Part shown: positions 60,164-64,000 of the stretch, one piece after another
Numbering within the stretch: the first letter of the stretch is position 1
Layout of the letters: the number at the start of each line of letters is the position of its first letter
Source of the DNA: Pseudogymnoascus verrucosus
Taxonomy: Eukaryota
NCBI GenBank assembly: GCA_001662655.1
Contig: KV460220.1
Length of the DNA stretch: 64,000 nt
Reading direction: 5' to 3' (one strand)
Notes under the pieces: model-generated
The model's input: only the letters and a program-made list of their open reading frames with translations
Database searches by the model: none
What the model was told of the DNA's origin: nothing
Made by a program: the position numbers and the translations under genes

Positions 60164-61480
60164 TTACAAGTTATTGATCAAGGTATTATATGCTGCCTTC
60201 GGCTGATAGTTGCCGTCAAAGAGGAGAGGGTTATCACTAGACCTCCAGCTGTCTTTATCAGACACCCCCCAAACAGTGATACCGACACACTTCGAGACCT
60301 GAAGACAGGCGTTCATAACAGTGAGGTAGTCGCTAGCAGCCGCACCCGAGATATCGAGCTCGGTGATAGCAACCTCCTTCACGTTCGAGGCTGCGAGCAC
60401 TTTCAAGGCAGCGGGGAAACCAGAGGCAGAGTTCCATCCACCAGGAGCAGCTAGGTGGGCCTGGCTGCCAATGCCGTCAATGGGAACGCCCTGGGAGAGC
60501 CACTTGTTGACTTTCTCAACCATTCCCCGGGTCACCTTGGCGTAGTTGGCGATGTCGAGGTTGTAGTCATTGATGTAGAGCTTCGCGGCCGGATCAGCGG
60601 CACGTGCGGCGCGGAAGGCGATGCCGACAAAGTCCTCGCCGAGAACACGGCTGAAGACACTATCGCGGAGGGAACCATCCTCGGCGAAGATCTCGTTGAC
60701 GACATCCCACTGGACGATCTTGCCCTTGTAGCGCGTGACCATGGTGGTGACATGGTTCTGGATTACCGAAGTCAAGGTGTTGCGGTCATTGATAGATTGT
60801 ACCCAGTTCGGTAACTGAGAGTGCCATAGAAGGGTATGGCCACGGACAAGCTTGCCGTTGGCTTGGGCGAAGTTTACGACGGCGTCAGCATTCGAGAAGC
60901 TGAATTGGTTACGGCTTGCTGTATGGAAGTTAGCTCCTACTAATTATTCAGGAGAAGAGCAGAAGCTCACGCTCGATAGCATCCCACTTCATGCTGTTCT
61001 CACAAGTAACCTGCCCAAAGCTGTTCTTGACAATGGTGGTTAAGGGATTGTTGTTGAGATGGTAGTGATCGATCTCGGTTCCAAAGTACAGCTTTCCCTT
61101 GGCCTTGAACTTGTCGTTCAGGCCACTTCCACCATTGCCGCTTCCTCCCGTAGGGGTAGGAGTGCTGCCTCCAGTAGAACTAGCTGGCGGGTTTCCTCCT
61201 GATCCGGGCACGCACTGGGAGTACCAGTCACTGGGAAGATTGTGAGTAATTAATTGCCTGGGAGGAGACATGTCTCTGCTAGAGATTTACTTACTTGCTG
61301 TATTGGCATACTGCGCCAGAGACGCAGGTCTTGTCACCAGACCAGCCATTACCGCCACCTATTTTGAAGTTTAGTAATAGTGGCTGTGTGAGAAAGACAT
61401 GACTTGCATTGGCCCCAAAGAGGGGTTTGCGCAAATACAACCGTGGGCGCGATAGCGAGAACAAATGCGAGAGTATGCAT
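60164..61480 (-). CDS. Secreted GH10 endo-1,4-beta-xylanase with N-terminal CBM1, multi-exon
   Basis: Signal [20 protein letters not shown]1 [35 protein letters not shown]; Gly/Ser/Thr linker; [26 protein letters not shown] (acid/base) and ITELDI (nucleophile). Confidence 0.95.
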
Positions 61481-63491
61481 GATTGTTGATTTACACAGAG
61501 AGGCTAAGATGTGTTGTCAGTAGCTAGAAAGTAATAGAGAAGGCTGTTAAAACTCAAGGGACTTGTTGCTTCTTATATTCCTATTCGGACGCATTGGCAT
61601 TTCGAATCAGAATAGATCTGAAGCACTCTTCCATACATTTCAACGGTACAACCTAGCCTAACCTATTATGTCGAAAGGATAATTAAATTGAATTGGTAAG
61701 CTTAGGGTAATTCATAGATGTGATATTTTTCAGACTTGGCTTAATTAATGGTCGGAATGTCGGTAAATATCTAGCCTTCAGCAATTTGAACATGTGCGCT
61801 CTGGATTGCTTCGCACTCTACATGGTAGGCAATACGGGTATCTTCTTTCGCCGTCTCTTCACAATTAATAAACTGATAAGTCTTCATAGTCTAAACACGG
61901 CAGAGAAAGATCCAATACGTAGGAGATCTACTACGAGGCTTCGCACGCTAAAAAAACTCATATTCCAGTATCCGATTCACATCAATTATGTAAGGTATGC
62001 CAAGGCAGAACGGACTCTGTTTGCTAATTTGACTCCGCCTCTAGTAGCACATTAAAAATATCTGTGGCCTTGGCGACGCGAGATACCCTGTAGATAGTGA
62101 GGTCATTAGGATCGCTATAGTTTGGTTTTGATACCCTTAATAACACAGCCACAGTAGCCAGTATTTGACTTCCAAGTCCAATAAGATTAAGTTAAAGTGT
62201 GAAATTTAGCTGACGTTTTGTTACGCAGATCCTGCATAGCTAGAACCACAGCTAAATATCCTTGCTGCTCTTAAATTAGGCTGTTATTCGTATACGGGAC
62301 GGGTAATGAGTTTACCTTTAATACGAGCATGCTTCAGGAACGCGGGCCTTTAATCCCATGGGTAGATCCATACAAATTATGAGGGGTAACGTCCCTACCC
62401 CGCATTATTCATCTTTACTCATCTCTTCTATCAGATGGAAGTGAATATCGATCTTAAATACAATAATTCGCCGAGGCAACGAGGTGCCTGCACAAAAATA
62501 AGTAACTTGTGTAAAGGTAGCTTAATAAAACAGCAGAAATGAATTCACAATACCAATTTCCGTGAACCATCTAAGATCTTCTCTATGGTTAACGTTACCA
62601 GCTCGCTACCAACTCCCCTGAATGAGTGATATCCACAATAGTAAATTCAGAGGCCCCTATAGTCAAACAACGATATAGATATCAATAAACTATCACCATC
62701 TATTGGCAAATTTTAAGCGCTGTGGGCTACTTTGGAAGGTCCTACCTCGGTCGTACTTTTCGCAATGCTAAGTCATACAGCCTAGAGCTTCCGTGGTGGC
62801 GTCGACGGTGTTGGAAGCGGGACCCAAAGTAAGAGCTTAGAAACTGCCGCTAATCATTGCCGATGTACGATCTTAGGGTTCCGGAAAGTCTGACCGAGAG
62901 CCTAATCTATGGACTCATTTATATCTTGTAGATCCTTGCTGCTATAGGCAAATACTCTTGACTCGAGATTTAGTTCGCGTATCAATAACCTTAATTCTAC
63001 TCCATCTGGTCACCCATCCCATGTCCACTGAAATATATTGAAATAAATCGCATATTACCTTCGGACGACAAATATGGATGATCTACGCCTACTCTGTATG
63101 GTACTTAGGGGCACGAGCAGAGTTTTGAGGATTATTCAGGAATTACTCAGGGAGGGGCCCGGTGGGGTAGCGACCACAGCTCGACTACTCCTCTGTTCTG
63201 AATTTGGGGGTTTGCTCCAACTACCTATTAGATAGGCATGTTTAGTTTATACCTACTTTAAATCTACTTTAAATGAAATGCCAAGCTGTCTTATAGATTA
63301 TGTACTTCAACTCTTCGAGTCATTTAGGCACATACTGTTGGATCAGTTGATGGGACTATTAGCGATGCCTTTTCGATTTTTGATAATTGTTTGAGTAGCA
63401 GTGTATATAATCATCCTAAATTCTCTAGAATATGAGCTCATTCATAAATCAAGCCGCATTTCAAGCCTTATTCTGATCCACGACACTCAAC

Positions 63492-64000
63492 ATGATATAC
63501 TCGGAGACTCTATTAGGTGCCTTGCTGCTGAGCTCGTTCATTCCTGCAGTACTTGGTCAGAGTTCTGTATGGGGCCAATGAAAGTCAACTCTCCCTAGGC
63601 GTACTAAACAAGGCTAATATTCTAATTTAGGTGGGGGTATGGGCTGGACTGGACCAAATACGTGTGTATCCGGAGCATGCTGCACCTTTTCTAATGACTG
63701 GTAGTAAGTTATGTCCTTGTTGCCTAGCTTTTATAGCCACAATCTCTAATATACGTCGGTGTAGCTCTCAATGCATCCCTGGCAACTGTCAGGGTGGTGG
63801 AGTAACAACTGCTTCTACAACTGTGGGAGTAACCACCACTGCTACTACTCAACCGGGCTCTACTGCTACCTCCAACCCCGGATCAGGCTCCGCGGGCTGC
63901 GGGAAGAACCCAGGACTTACCAGCGGCACCAAGTCAATCACTGTTAACGGCAAAACTCGCCAGTATATTATCAAAATCCCTGATAATTACCAGAGCAACA
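63492..64000 (+). CDS. Secreted CBM1 + Thr-rich linker + CE1/feruloyl-esterase-like domain (partial, runs off right edge; first donor non-canonical)
   Basis: MIYSETLLGALLLSSFIPAVLG|QSSVWGQ(C)[27 protein letters not shown], linker, then SAGCGKNPGLTSGTKSITVNGKTRQYIIKIPDNY, typical of the N-terminus of fungal FaeC/D-type esterases. Confidence 0.7.

Overview
Eukaryotic DNA from a filamentous ascomycete (short GT-AG introns with RCTRAY branch sites; Pezizomycotina-type genes; a Leotiomycete such as Pseudogymnoascus is a guess, not shown). The flanks (1-34.4 kb and 48.8-64 kb) are mostly housekeeping genes: LSB5-like, RAP1-like, SWF1, a flavoprotein/ankyrin-like fusion, MAM3, HP1/Swi6, SCP160/vigilin, STE20, ataxin-10/CTR86, GLO1, LAMTOR2-like, an amidohydrolase-type decarboxylase, MAS2, a CBM1-GH10 xylanase and a CBM1-esterase. 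Between STE20 and the ataxin-10 gene is a ~13 kb accessory island. It holds a same-strand tandem array of eight intact, strongly diverged paralogues encoding ~110-117 aa secreted proteins that I do not recognise. They share four Cys: C1 at the start of the mature protein, C-x14-C in the middle and a terminal Cys. A ninth copy is disrupted at its start codon by a 259-bp solo LTR with a perfect 5-bp target-site duplication, and a tenth heavily decayed copy is probable. Six of the eight intact genes have a splice donor on the base right after the stop codon. The core copies are only ~185-210 bp apart, and one predicted splice would join stop and next start as TAG-G-ATG, which suggests spliced polycistronic expression. 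All calls come from reading the sequence; no searches were run.
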